Origin: Candidatus Thorarchaeota archaeon
Lineage (GTDB): Archaea; Asgardarchaeota; Thorarchaeia; Thorarchaeales; Thorarchaeaceae
DNA length: 32,000 nucleotides
NCBI GenBank assembly: GCA_008080745.1
Contig: SHMX01000004.1
Location: 90,001-122,000, forward strand
Direction of reading: 5' to 3'
Position 1 is the stretch's first letter; each line of letters opens with the position of its first letter. The notes beneath the pieces are model-generated. The model was not told the origin of the DNA, did no database searches, and saw only the letters and a list, made by a program, of their open reading frames with translations. Below, in pieces: positions 1-7,199 of the stretch. Made by a program: the position numbers and the translations under genes.

Positions 1-52
1 TATGCTATTTGTATAGGACATAATGTTAAAATACGGTCGAATAGCTCTCAAT

Positions 53-68
53 TCCGATTATAATCGGA
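53..68. promoter_or_regulatory. Perfect 16-bp palindrome TCCGATTATAATCGGA upstream of aRF1; candidate transcription-factor operator
   Basis: All 8 pairs are Watson-Crick, checked by hand; AT-rich core; lies about 60 bp upstream of the inferred aRF1 start. Function is inferred. Confidence 0.4.
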
Positions 69-125
69 GACCTCTTATTCTTGACGTTTTCCGTACTTGA
101 GCTTTGATAAGACAGGTGAACCATA

Positions 126-1202
126 CTGAATATTAGACGGCATCAACTAAAGCGAAAAATTACAAAATTAAAGGATTACAAGGGGCGACACAGCTCATTT
201 ACCACCCTGTATATTCCCCCGGCAAAGCACTTAGTAGATGTTATTGGTTTTGTTCGTGATGAATTGGCTGGTGCTGAACAAATCAAGAGCAAAACAAATC
301 GTAAAAATGTACAAGACAACCTTACAGCTATTCTAAGCGAATTGACAATGATCAGTGAACTTCCAGAAAATGGTATTGCTTTCTTCTTTGGTATTATGGA
401 AGAGGGTGGAACTACAGAAGAGATTCGTGAAATTGTTGTTCCTCCTGCACCTATCTCTCAATTCATCTACCTGTGTGGAAAGGAGTTTATAACAGAAGAA
501 CTTGAGGATATGGTTCAACCAAAGAGCTTGGTTGTCATTGTCCTTATTGAGGGTGGAAAACTAACTATTGGATATCTCCGAGGAAAGAGCATTGAACTTG
601 TTCGGGATGATGACTTCTACATCATTGGCAAGACCCGTGCTGGTGGTCAAAGTGCAAAAAGATACCTTCGTCTCAGAGAAGAACGAATGGATGCCTTTTT
701 CAAACATGTCGCAAAAACCTTGAACGAACTGCTTGTTGAAAATGCGGAAAATGTTGATGCCATAGTTCTAGGTGGCAATACAATTCGAGCACAAGAATTT
801 CTCGAACGTGGAGATTTGGATTATCGATTGAGAGAAAAGGTCGTCGAGACTATCATCCCTGTAAGTGTAATAGATGAAACTGGCTTATATCAGGCCATGA
901 AAGAGGCTTCTCGTCTACTTAGAGAAACAGAAATCTACGCGGAACGTGAAATGTGGGAGAGTTTTATGCAGGACCTAATGAAGGGGCATTCCACGGCGGC
1001 TTATGGTGAGAAAGAAGTGATGGAAGCTCTAACCCAAGGTCGTGTTGATACCATCTTGATTTTAGAAGAGGATCCAAGAATCGACAAACTAATTGATGAA
1101 GTGGAACAGTATGGCTCTGAAATCATGATATTTTCTCCTCAGACTGAATCTGGTGCTCAATTGAAATCTTTTGGTGGTATAGCTGCAAAGCTCCGTTGGT
1201 AA
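126..1202 (+). CDS. prf1: Archaeal peptide chain release factor 1 (aRF1/eRF1 family), about 358 aa
   Basis: GGQ motif (TRAGGQSAKRY), YxCxxxF (YLCGKEF), NIKS-position motif QIKS and eRF1_3-like C-terminus (LKSFGGIAAKLRW). The frame stays open upstream of the track start (264) through KLKDYKGRHSSFTTLYIPP, the aRF1 N-terminus, back to a TGA at 117-119. GGTGA at 115-119 sits 6 nt before CTG at 126. Confidence 0.93.
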   Translation: MNIRRHQLKRKITKLKDYKGRHSSFTTLYIPPAKHLVDVIGFVRDELAGAEQIKSKTNRKNVQDNLTAILSELTMISELPENGIAFFFGIMEEGGTTEEIREIVVPPAPISQFIYLCGKEFITEELEDMVQPKSLVVIVLIEGGKLTIGYLRGKSIELVRDDDFYIIGKTRAGGQSAKRYLRLREERMDAFFKHVAKTLNELLVENAENVDAIVLGGNTIRAQEFLERGDLDYRLREKVVETIIPVSVIDETGLYQAMKEASRLLRETEIYAEREMWESFMQDLMKGHSTAAYGEKEVMEALTQGRVDTILILEEDPRIDKLIDEVEQYGSEIMIFSPQTESGAQLKSFGGIAAKLRW

Positions 1203-1204
1203 TA

Positions 1205-1621
1205 CTATCTATCTTTAGGAACTTTAGGAATATCTTTCAGGGTCTGAATATCTTCAGTCCAACTAACAAGTTCTTCCAAAATGGTATCCATATACTGCAA
1301 AATAGCATCATAGAATTTTCGAAGATGTTCCGAACGTAATTTCTTTGCCTTATCCTTGTAGTCCTTAACCCTTCTTGGAAGGCCTTTTTCCCACTTTTTT
1401 AGCAGAAGTTCAGCCTTTCTATCTTCTAGAAGTTTACGGCCCAAACGGCTCTGGGATGTAAGAGATAACAACTTCTCAATAGATTTCTGTATAGTTATCG
1501 CTTGAACAACTAATTGTTTAGCATCGGCTTTCTTATTTTCCTCTCGCGATGAATAGTAAACATACTTGAGGTCTCTTTTGACCAATAATACCTTATTTAG
1601 GAAACTCCTCAATTCGCGCAT
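1205..1621 (-). CDS. Hypothetical basic, alpha-helical protein (138 aa)
   Basis: ATG start, Lys/Arg/Leu-rich amphipathic helices; last of four co-oriented genes; no family recognised. Confidence 0.7.
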   Translation of the reverse strand: MRELRSFLNKVLLVKRDLKYVYYSSREENKKADAKQLVVQAITIQKSIEKLLSLTSQSRLGRKLLEDRKAELLLKKWEKGLPRRVKDYKDKAKKLRSEHLRKFYDAILQYMDTILEELVSWTEDIQTLKDIPKVPKDR

Positions 1622-1657
1622 GAGATATCATCTACATACATTGACATTATTCTTTTG

Positions 1658-2311
1658 CTAATAGATTGAATATTGACATTTACCATTTTTGGAGTATGGA
1701 CAAGCTCGACATTTTTCGTCAGGATTAGCAATAGGTTTCCGTGAATGAAACCAGATTTCATCTAGTATTTCTAGGTCTTTTAACACACTTTTTTGTTTGT
1801 ATTTTCTAGTAAACACTTTACCAAGATTGCACTTTACACAATCCGTTGTATTTCTTTTCTTAGCACATGTCATTGCATTGTCCTGAAGACAATAGACAGT
1901 TACTAATCTCGTGTTTGAACAAGATACTCCGCTCTCTTGAATTGCCAAAGCATACAGACCTGCTTGGAACATATCTTCCTCTCTTATTTTACTTGGAAGG
2001 TATTTAGTGGGGAATTTTCTCTCTATAATTAATTCCAGCCGTGGAACCTTTCCACTACGAAAAACAGCTTGGTCAAATCTTCCTTTGAACTTATGACCCA
2101 TAGATATCACGGGCTCTTCAGAAAACAGGTACAAGCTCTGTCTTTTTCTGCTTTTTGATTCTGTTTTTAGGAAGGAACGGAGATTCATAGATGCTGGAAT
2201 GGACCTGTAAAGAATTGATTGGAGTGAGCCAGGAACTCCACCTGACATAAGAAAGATGAATAGTATTGTTCCTATAATGAATATAGCGAGAAATAGTGCT
2301 GACAGATTCAA
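1658..2311 (-). CDS. Cas4-like PD-(D/E)xK nuclease, C-terminal portion, with N-terminal TM helix
   Basis: TTG start; hydrophobic N-terminus (LFLAIFIIGTILFIFLM); GRFD...IIERK (D...ExK), QAGLY (QxxxY) and terminal CRACPYSKNGKC (three Fe-S-type Cys). Confidence 0.75.
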   Translation of the reverse strand: MNLSALFLAIFIIGTILFIFLMSGGVPGSLQSILYRSIPASMNLRSFLKTESKSRKRQSLYLFSEEPVISMGHKFKGRFDQAVFRSGKVPRLELIIERKFPTKYLPSKIREEDMFQAGLYALAIQESGVSCSNTRLVTVYCLQDNAMTCAKKRNTTDCVKCNLGKVFTRKYKQKSVLKDLEILDEIWFHSRKPIANPDEKCRACPYSKNGKCQYSIY

Positions 2312-2315
2312 AATT

Positions 2316-2567
2316 TCACATCCAAATCCATAATATTGCTGAAATTATAATTATCAGCACTAGTAAGGCAAACACCACTGTATTAGGAATGAATCCCATA
2401 CTGGTTTTTGAAACCTGACTATGCAGCATCTCTCCTTGCAAACTTGCCTCTGATTTTGTTTCACCATGAATCTGTTTCAAATACAGTCTATACTCACAAT
2501 AGAATTGGATTCGCAAGTCGGATACATTTCTGAAATCGGATATTCCCTTTCTTCTTGTTCCGGTCAA
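2316..2567 (-). CDS. Cas4-like nuclease, N-terminal portion, with C-terminal TM helix (83 aa)
   Basis: VSDLRIQFYCEYRLYL (first Fe-S Cys, C24) and QGEMLH (G-x3-H, H49) match the Cas4/AddB N-terminus; ends in VVFALLVLIIIISAILWIWM; TTG start preceded by GGTGG. Confidence 0.7.
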   Translation of the reverse strand: MTGTRRKGISDFRNVSDLRIQFYCEYRLYLKQIHGETKSEASLQGEMLHSQVSKTSMGFIPNTVVFALLVLIIIISAILWIWM

Positions 2568-2586
2568 CTATTCCACCATATTACTA

Positions 2587-3798
2587 TTAACTCATTCCTT
2601 GAAAAGGAGCACTACTTGATTTTTCTTCAGAGATAAACCACAATGTTGGCATACTTAGAATGATGAAAACTAGAGGAACAATTAGTGCAGTCTGTAAAGT
2701 CCATCCAGGTATATCCGCAACAAACCCCGTTACCAATGGTCCGATTGCTCCTCCGAAGAAGGCAAATATTGCAGAAATACCAAATAATCTTCCTTCCATT
2801 CCTTTAGGAATTATCTTAGCATAGAGTCCACGAGTTAGTGTAACGTTTCCTCCAAGTGCAAATCCTGCAACCGATGTAATCAAAATAATCGGTAATGAAG
2901 ATCCCAAAAGTATGATTATTGAGAAACCAATCGCCCATATAGCGAGATTCATGCCCTGAATCTTCACAATCCCATAGTGGTCACCTAACCGTCCCTGAAT
3001 GTAACCACCGATAATAGCAAATGGCAACGCTGATCCAACAACGAGAGTGACATTTTCTACTGGAATAAGAAGAACCTCATTAGATATTATAGCAGCAAAT
3101 GTCATTATGGTTGCAATAGCATCTCCCCAGAGAATAGAACCAAGAAGATACATCCTTAATGATCTATTTTGTGAAATTTCAGTAATAGTATCTCTTAGCT
3201 TCATCCTCTCTTCTATGCTTTGAGTATTTTTGGTGTCTTTGAGAAATAGCGATGGGATAAGAGAGAAGAGAATGAGAAATAATCCAACAAAAATCAGTGC
3301 AAAATTTCTTGAAGTTAGAGTTTCTATAAGGACAGCACCTCCCGCGCCAATTGCCCCACCAAGATAGCCGAAAGTTATACCAATACCTGAGAGTGTACCC
3401 ATGCTTTTGATATCTCCTTCAGCAGCAAGAAATGAATTAATTGCTGTCCATCCTGTCTGGATTGCTATCGACATTATAGTAAACGAGAGAACAAGACCCA
3501 TCAAAGAAAACTCTAGATGAGCCATTACGATGATTGATATGCTCCCTACAAGTGCTGAAAAGAAAATCAATATCCTTCTCGTTATCGAGTCTGAAGACGA
3601 TTGATCGATGACCAATCCTACCATTGGAGTCCAGAATACCGCTATCGCTCCTGTTAGCAGTGGTAAAATTCCTACTAGGGTATTAGTTCCCCCCGCATCA
3701 ATAATCATCAGTGGGAGGTATAAAGAATTCACAGCAAAGGCCACAGGCGTGGAGGCAAAGTCATAAAATGCCCAAATCATGGTTTCTCTTCGTTGCAT
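2587..3798 (-). CDS. MFS transporter, UMF1/Atg22-like family
   Basis: 403 aa with about 12 hydrophobic segments; N-terminal WAFYDFAS motif typical of the UMF1 family; LGD/GRLFG MFS loop motifs. Confidence 0.85.
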   Translation of the reverse strand: MQRRETMIWAFYDFASTPVAFAVNSLYLPLMIIDAGGTNTLVGILPLLTGAIAVFWTPMVGLVIDQSSSDSITRRILIFFSALVGSISIIVMAHLEFSLMGLVLSFTIMSIAIQTGWTAINSFLAAEGDIKSMGTLSGIGITFGYLGGAIGAGGAVLIETLTSRNFALIFVGLFLILFSLIPSLFLKDTKNTQSIEERMKLRDTITEISQNRSLRMYLLGSILWGDAIATIMTFAAIISNEVLLIPVENVTLVVGSALPFAIIGGYIQGRLGDHYGIVKIQGMNLAIWAIGFSIIILLGSSLPIILITSVAGFALGGNVTLTRGLYAKIIPKGMEGRLFGISAIFAFFGGAIGPLVTGFVADIPGWTLQTALIVPLVFIILSMPTLWFISEEKSSSAPFQGMS

Positions 3799-3957
3799 AG
3801 TCTATACTCCCTGAAATCTTGATAAAATGTATTGTCGATTTTTAATTGCTTCTGAGGGGGGAGAAACGAGAGAGCTTTATTTATATGAGACTAAAGAGAA
3901 TTCATAGGACAGCAGACTTCCTTAAGGAGTCAAAGGGGCCGAACAGGTGAAAGAATT

Positions 3958-4380
3958 ATGACTGATAATGTCTATGAAGGAGCTACTGCGGGACGAGTAC
4001 TTGTCTACGACGATAGTGAGACCGTGACCTTTCCAAAGAAGTTCAAAGAAGCAATGGGAACTGAAAGAGGGCTAATGGTCCTGGTCTACAAAGATCGGTT
4101 AATCAAGCTCTTCCCCCTCGAAAGCGAAGAGGTTAAGTTCCTCTCTTTAGAGATTGGTAAATTAACGAACGATTTCTTAACAACACTCTCCACTATCTTC
4201 AAAGAGAGTGGTTTGGTTGACTTACTTTTTTCAACCGGAGTATGTTTGCGTGGTACTAGATGTTTCTACGAATGCTACTTTAATCCAAAACAACTCAGCA
4301 CTGATATTGATAGTCTGAGAGAAAAACTGGAAGGTCTTAGTGGAGTCAAGAACATCATTATTGAAGATGTTCCAGTATAA
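3958..4380 (+). CDS. AbrB/SpoVT-like N-terminal domain plus ACT-like C-terminal domain; putative regulator (140 aa)
   Basis: VTFPKKFKEAMG resembles the AbrB ITIPKEIREALG pattern; C-terminus has an ACT-like alternation ending LEGLSGVKNIII; GGTGA 7 nt before the ATG. Confidence 0.55.
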   Translation: MTDNVYEGATAGRVLVYDDSETVTFPKKFKEAMGTERGLMVLVYKDRLIKLFPLESEEVKFLSLEIGKLTNDFLTTLSTIFKESGLVDLLFSTGVCLRGTRCFYECYFNPKQLSTDIDSLREKLEGLSGVKNIIIEDVPV

Positions 4381-4391
4381 TATTCCCACAC

Positions 4392-4456
4392 TTTTTTACG
4401 AGGAAGGTCTGCGGGCGATTATTTCGCCCTCATCTTTCTTATCCTTTTCGAAAGAT
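4392..4456 (+). terminator. T6 run plus two hairpins after the AbrB-ACT gene
   Basis: TTTTTT at 4392-4397; GGGCGA/TCGCCC stem (4413-4429); ATCTTTC/GAAAGAT stem (4432-4456). Confidence 0.35.
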
Positions 4457-4538
4457 ATTTCTGAATTCCTTTTCAAGCCCTCTCAGGTATTATCATTATT
4501 AATAACACAGGAAAAGAGCAGGTATCGAGGTATATCAC

Positions 4539-5168
4539 GTGCAGGATATAGTGCAAATTGTTACAGATCTTATATTACAAGGATACCTGGGATTATTTCT
4601 TGCGTGTTTTATCATCAACATGATCCCATTTCTCTCTCCCTCTAATATGGTTCTTGCTGGGGTTGCTTCCCTTCTTGTTCCCTCCATGCATTGGATTCCT
4701 ATTGGAATCATTGTAGCAATCGCAGCTACACTTGCAAAATCTATTCACTATTACGTTGTAAGGGGGTCTCGAATGGCACTCTCAGAAGAACGTATTAGAC
4801 GCCTTGAGAGGGAAAAAGAGCGTGTTGACAAATATGGTGCATTAGCCCTCTTTATCGCCGCAGCATCACCGGTACCTGATGATCCATTGATAGTTTATAT
4901 CGGGCTAACAAAATACAAATTCATCACATTTCTTATTAGTTATTATATTGGTAAAGTAGCTGTGACACTTGCTGGAGCTCTCATAGGCTATTCTATCGGT
5001 TCTTTCTTCGAGTCCGCACCCATTGTTATTGCCTCTATTGTGCTAACTGCCATAATCACTGGTATTTTGTACAAACGAACTACAGAGAAAGAAGACTCGG
5101 ACATTCTGCAAGATTATGTTGACTCTGCTGTTACTGGTGCGAATGATGATAGTCAAAATGAAGAGTAA
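4539..5168 (+). CDS. DedA/VTT (SNARE-associated Golgi protein family) membrane protein
   Basis: NMIPFLSPS, KYGALALFIAAASPVPDD and IGKVAV are VTT/DedA family motifs; acidic tail; GTG start. Confidence 0.85.
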   Translation: MQDIVQIVTDLILQGYLGLFLACFIINMIPFLSPSNMVLAGVASLLVPSMHWIPIGIIVAIAATLAKSIHYYVVRGSRMALSEERIRRLEREKERVDKYGALALFIAAASPVPDDPLIVYIGLTKYKFITFLISYYIGKVAVTLAGALIGYSIGSFFESAPIVIASIVLTAIITGILYKRTTEKEDSDILQDYVDSAVTGANDDSQNEE

Positions 5169-5238
5169 GTATCCAATTAGTCGCACTTCGTAAGTCTTAA
5201 GAACCTTAAACCAAACCCTATCCATAAGTTGGTGTTTT

Positions 5239-5634
5239 ATGACCGGTACTAGCACTACAGAAGTCAAATGTGTAAAATGCAAGAGAATCTACGAGTCTGT
5301 TGTTATTGACCACATCGACTTATCCGAGGATCGTGAACTTGTCAGAAAAATCAAATCTGGCAAGGCGAACCGTGTACAGTGCCCTAAGTGTAAGAAGGTC
5401 ATGTATCTCGATCGCAGTATAGTAATCAATTTTGAACCTCAAAATCTCATTGTTCTATATGATCCGAATTTGAAGAAAAAAGAAGACATTGAAAATGTTA
5501 TGAGAAGTTATGAGAGCATCATTGGCTTCAACGAGATTTTTGAAGAGATTGGAGCAGAAACAGAATTTAAGGTGATAAGCGACATCAAGAAATTGAAGAC
5601 GCTCATCACAGATTATGCTAAGTTGTATATGTAG
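5239..5634 (+). CDS. CpXC-domain (zinc-ribbon) protein
   Basis: CVKC ... CPKC pairs separated by IDLSEDRELVRKIKSGKANRVQ, the CpXC pattern. Confidence 0.8.
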   Translation: MTGTSTTEVKCVKCKRIYESVVIDHIDLSEDRELVRKIKSGKANRVQCPKCKKVMYLDRSIVINFEPQNLIVLYDPNLKKKEDIENVMRSYESIIGFNEIFEEIGAETEFKVISDIKKLKTLITDYAKLYM

Positions 5635-5636
5635 AA

Positions 5637-6704
5637 TCAGAGTTTTCTCTTACCGAGTAGAAATTCTTCTACCCATCTCTCTGCACGATACATAGTTGTA
5701 GGTGATGGTGGCATTTTAAAGCCGTAAGCCGATATCGATTCAAGAGCACCTGATAACCCTCTTTTTAGAGCCAGTTTTGTACCTCTGATTGCATCCATTA
5801 AGATTGGACCTGCATTAGGACCATCAGTGACCTCCATACGAATATCAATTTTGATGGGTGCTCCACCAAATTGTCTTCCATGAATATAGAAATATGAGTC
5901 ACGCGAGTTATCCATAAATGGTACAAAGTCCGACGAACCCGCAACAAGAGGTGCATCATAGGGCAAGTCTTGACTTATTGCACCACTCTTTACCCCTCGT
6001 TTCCTCATCCGTCCACGATAATGGGAATCGAGGGATTCAGCACCTCCACCAACATCAAGCTGATAGCTCTTATCGACCTTTACTCCTCTTGCTACAAGCA
6101 GTTGGAGGATATTCCTGTGCAAAACGGTTGAACCCAGTTGGTCTTGGATGTCATCTCCAACGAGAGGAATGCCTTTCTCTTCAAATTTCTTTGCCCATTC
6201 CGGATCTGATGCTATTCGAATGGGCACTCCATTGATGAAAGCCACACCTGCATCGAGACATGCTTGTGCATAGAATTTCGTTGCCTCTTCAGCTGAACCA
6301 GGCAATAAGCAAACACCTATCTCCGCTCCAGAATCCTTCAAAATCTTCACAACATCATCATCAGATGCTTTGGATATGTTTGTTAATATCTGGAGTTTTT
6401 CGTCAATTCCATCTTTAACTGGACCCTTTGAAACTTTGACTCCCATCTTCTCAATCTTCGCAAATCGCATGACATTGTTTGGATCTGCAAAAATAGCCTC
6501 AGATAGATCCACACCAACTTTACCTTCAACAACATCAAAGGCAGCGACAAATTCGATATCTTCGACATGATATCCAGCGAAATCAGGATGGCTTAATCCT
6601 ATACTTTCATCTCCAGCTCTTGTGTTTTTGTAATATTCTACTCCCTGAATGAGAGCACTAGCGCAATTTCCTATGCCAAATAATGCTACCTTTATTCCGT
6701 TCAA
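5637..6704 (-). CDS. ino1: Myo-inositol-1-phosphate synthase (Ino1)-family protein with divergent active-site motifs
   Basis: GIGNCASALIQGVEYY, VAAFDV, IASDPEWAKKF, GDDI, DGPN and FKMPP match the bacterial/archaeal Ino1 family; TTG start with GAGGT SD. Confidence 0.8.
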   Translation of the reverse strand: MNGIKVALFGIGNCASALIQGVEYYKNTRAGDESIGLSHPDFAGYHVEDIEFVAAFDVVEGKVGVDLSEAIFADPNNVMRFAKIEKMGVKVSKGPVKDGIDEKLQILTNISKASDDDVVKILKDSGAEIGVCLLPGSAEEATKFYAQACLDAGVAFINGVPIRIASDPEWAKKFEEKGIPLVGDDIQDQLGSTVLHRNILQLLVARGVKVDKSYQLDVGGGAESLDSHYRGRMRKRGVKSGAISQDLPYDAPLVAGSSDFVPFMDNSRDSYFYIHGRQFGGAPIKIDIRMEVTDGPNAGPILMDAIRGTKLALKRGLSGALESISAYGFKMPPSPTTMYRAERWVEEFLLGKRKL

Positions 6705-6758
6705 TTGTATGACCTCTTTTGTAGGTAGAGGAATCTAACAAAATGCTGTTGTCACATC

Positions 6759-6770
6759 TTTTAAAGTTTT
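6759..6770 (-). promoter_or_regulatory. Candidate BRE/TATA element for ino1 (AAAACTTTAAAA on the minus strand)
   Basis: Archaeal TTTAAA-like box preceded by an A-run, about 55 bp upstream of the ino1 start. Confidence 0.4.
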
Positions 6771-6880
6771 ATGACCATAGAATAGTGGGACTACTAAGTA
6801 TTAATGATACAAATCATAGCATCGAATATATTCTAATGCTTTTTTAAGATTTATAGCTAATTGATTATAATTTGCCAACA

Positions 6881-6888
6881 CTTATAGA
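6881..6888 (+). promoter_or_regulatory. Candidate TATA box (CTTATAGA) for the structured RNA at 6911
   Basis: Lies at -30 to -23 relative to G6911, the usual archaeal TATA position; imperfect match to consensus. Confidence 0.3.
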
Positions 6889-6910
6889 GAAAAGAATCCA
6901 TATATTATGT

Positions 6911-7127
6911 GGACGCACGGAAGATCCCGTTGCTCTTCATATCGTTTCACAGAAAACAGATATGACCGATTCGCAGAAGTCTATGTGAATGTCCAAGATG
7001 GAGATTTACCTCTCACCTGATGGTTCAGAGAAAGATGGCAGCAAGTTGGTAACGAGTCTTTACGTTCATATGAGGGTGGACCTCAAGTCCATGATGGACT
7101 ACCAAGTTAATCGGGGTCTCTGCGTCC
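6911..7127 (+). ncRNA. Unassigned structured non-coding RNA candidate (217 nt)
   Basis: Terminal stem 6911-6917/7121-7127, nested stem 6923-6932/7108-7118, hairpins 6937-6965 and 6969-6990, junction 7046-7105; three G-U pairs favour the + strand; hand-counted 47% GC versus 25% in 6781-6910; followed by a pyrimidine/T tract. Confidence 0.55.
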
Positions 7128-7199
7128 CCCTTTTGAAATTCATTAATGCTATATGAATGACTCTTCTAGACAGATTGCTTTTCAAAGACATTAGTCATG

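Noticed and set aside
108-125. Read-through autoregulation of aRF1 via the in-frame TGA at 117-119
   Set aside because: An in-frame TAA at 108-110 leaves no upstream ORF to read through; the TGA is part of the GGTGA SD.
126-1202. Stop-codon reassignment implied by the aRF1 variant
   Set aside because: TAG ends GlmS at its conserved terminus, TGA ends Ino1 and the HAD gene at expected lengths, and TAA ends aRF1; no conserved gene has an internal stop.
2305-2330. Programmed +1 frameshift joining the Cas4-like halves (ATG TGA A)
   Set aside because: No slippery codon allowing tRNA re-pairing as in RF2 CTT TGA; a separate TTG start or an indel is more parsimonious.
4396-4476. 26-codon minus-strand ORF (MKRNSEISFEKDKKDEGEIIARRPSS)
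   Set aside because: Too short, SD spacing poor, and coincides with terminator-like hairpins of the + strand gene.
6907-7110. 37-codon ORF ending in TGA followed by 29 more open codons (possible selenoprotein)
   Set aside because: No recognisable selenoprotein context or SECIS, and no family resemblance; RNA structure explains the region better. Not fully excluded without homologues.
6911-7127. Identity as tRNA, RNase P, SRP RNA, hammerhead or known riboswitch
   Set aside because: The 7-bp closing stem has no T-arm; no GAGGAAAGUCC/P4 arrangement; no SRP helix-8 motif; CTGATGG...GAAA lacks hammerhead stem II; no TPP, FMN, B12 or glycine consensus.
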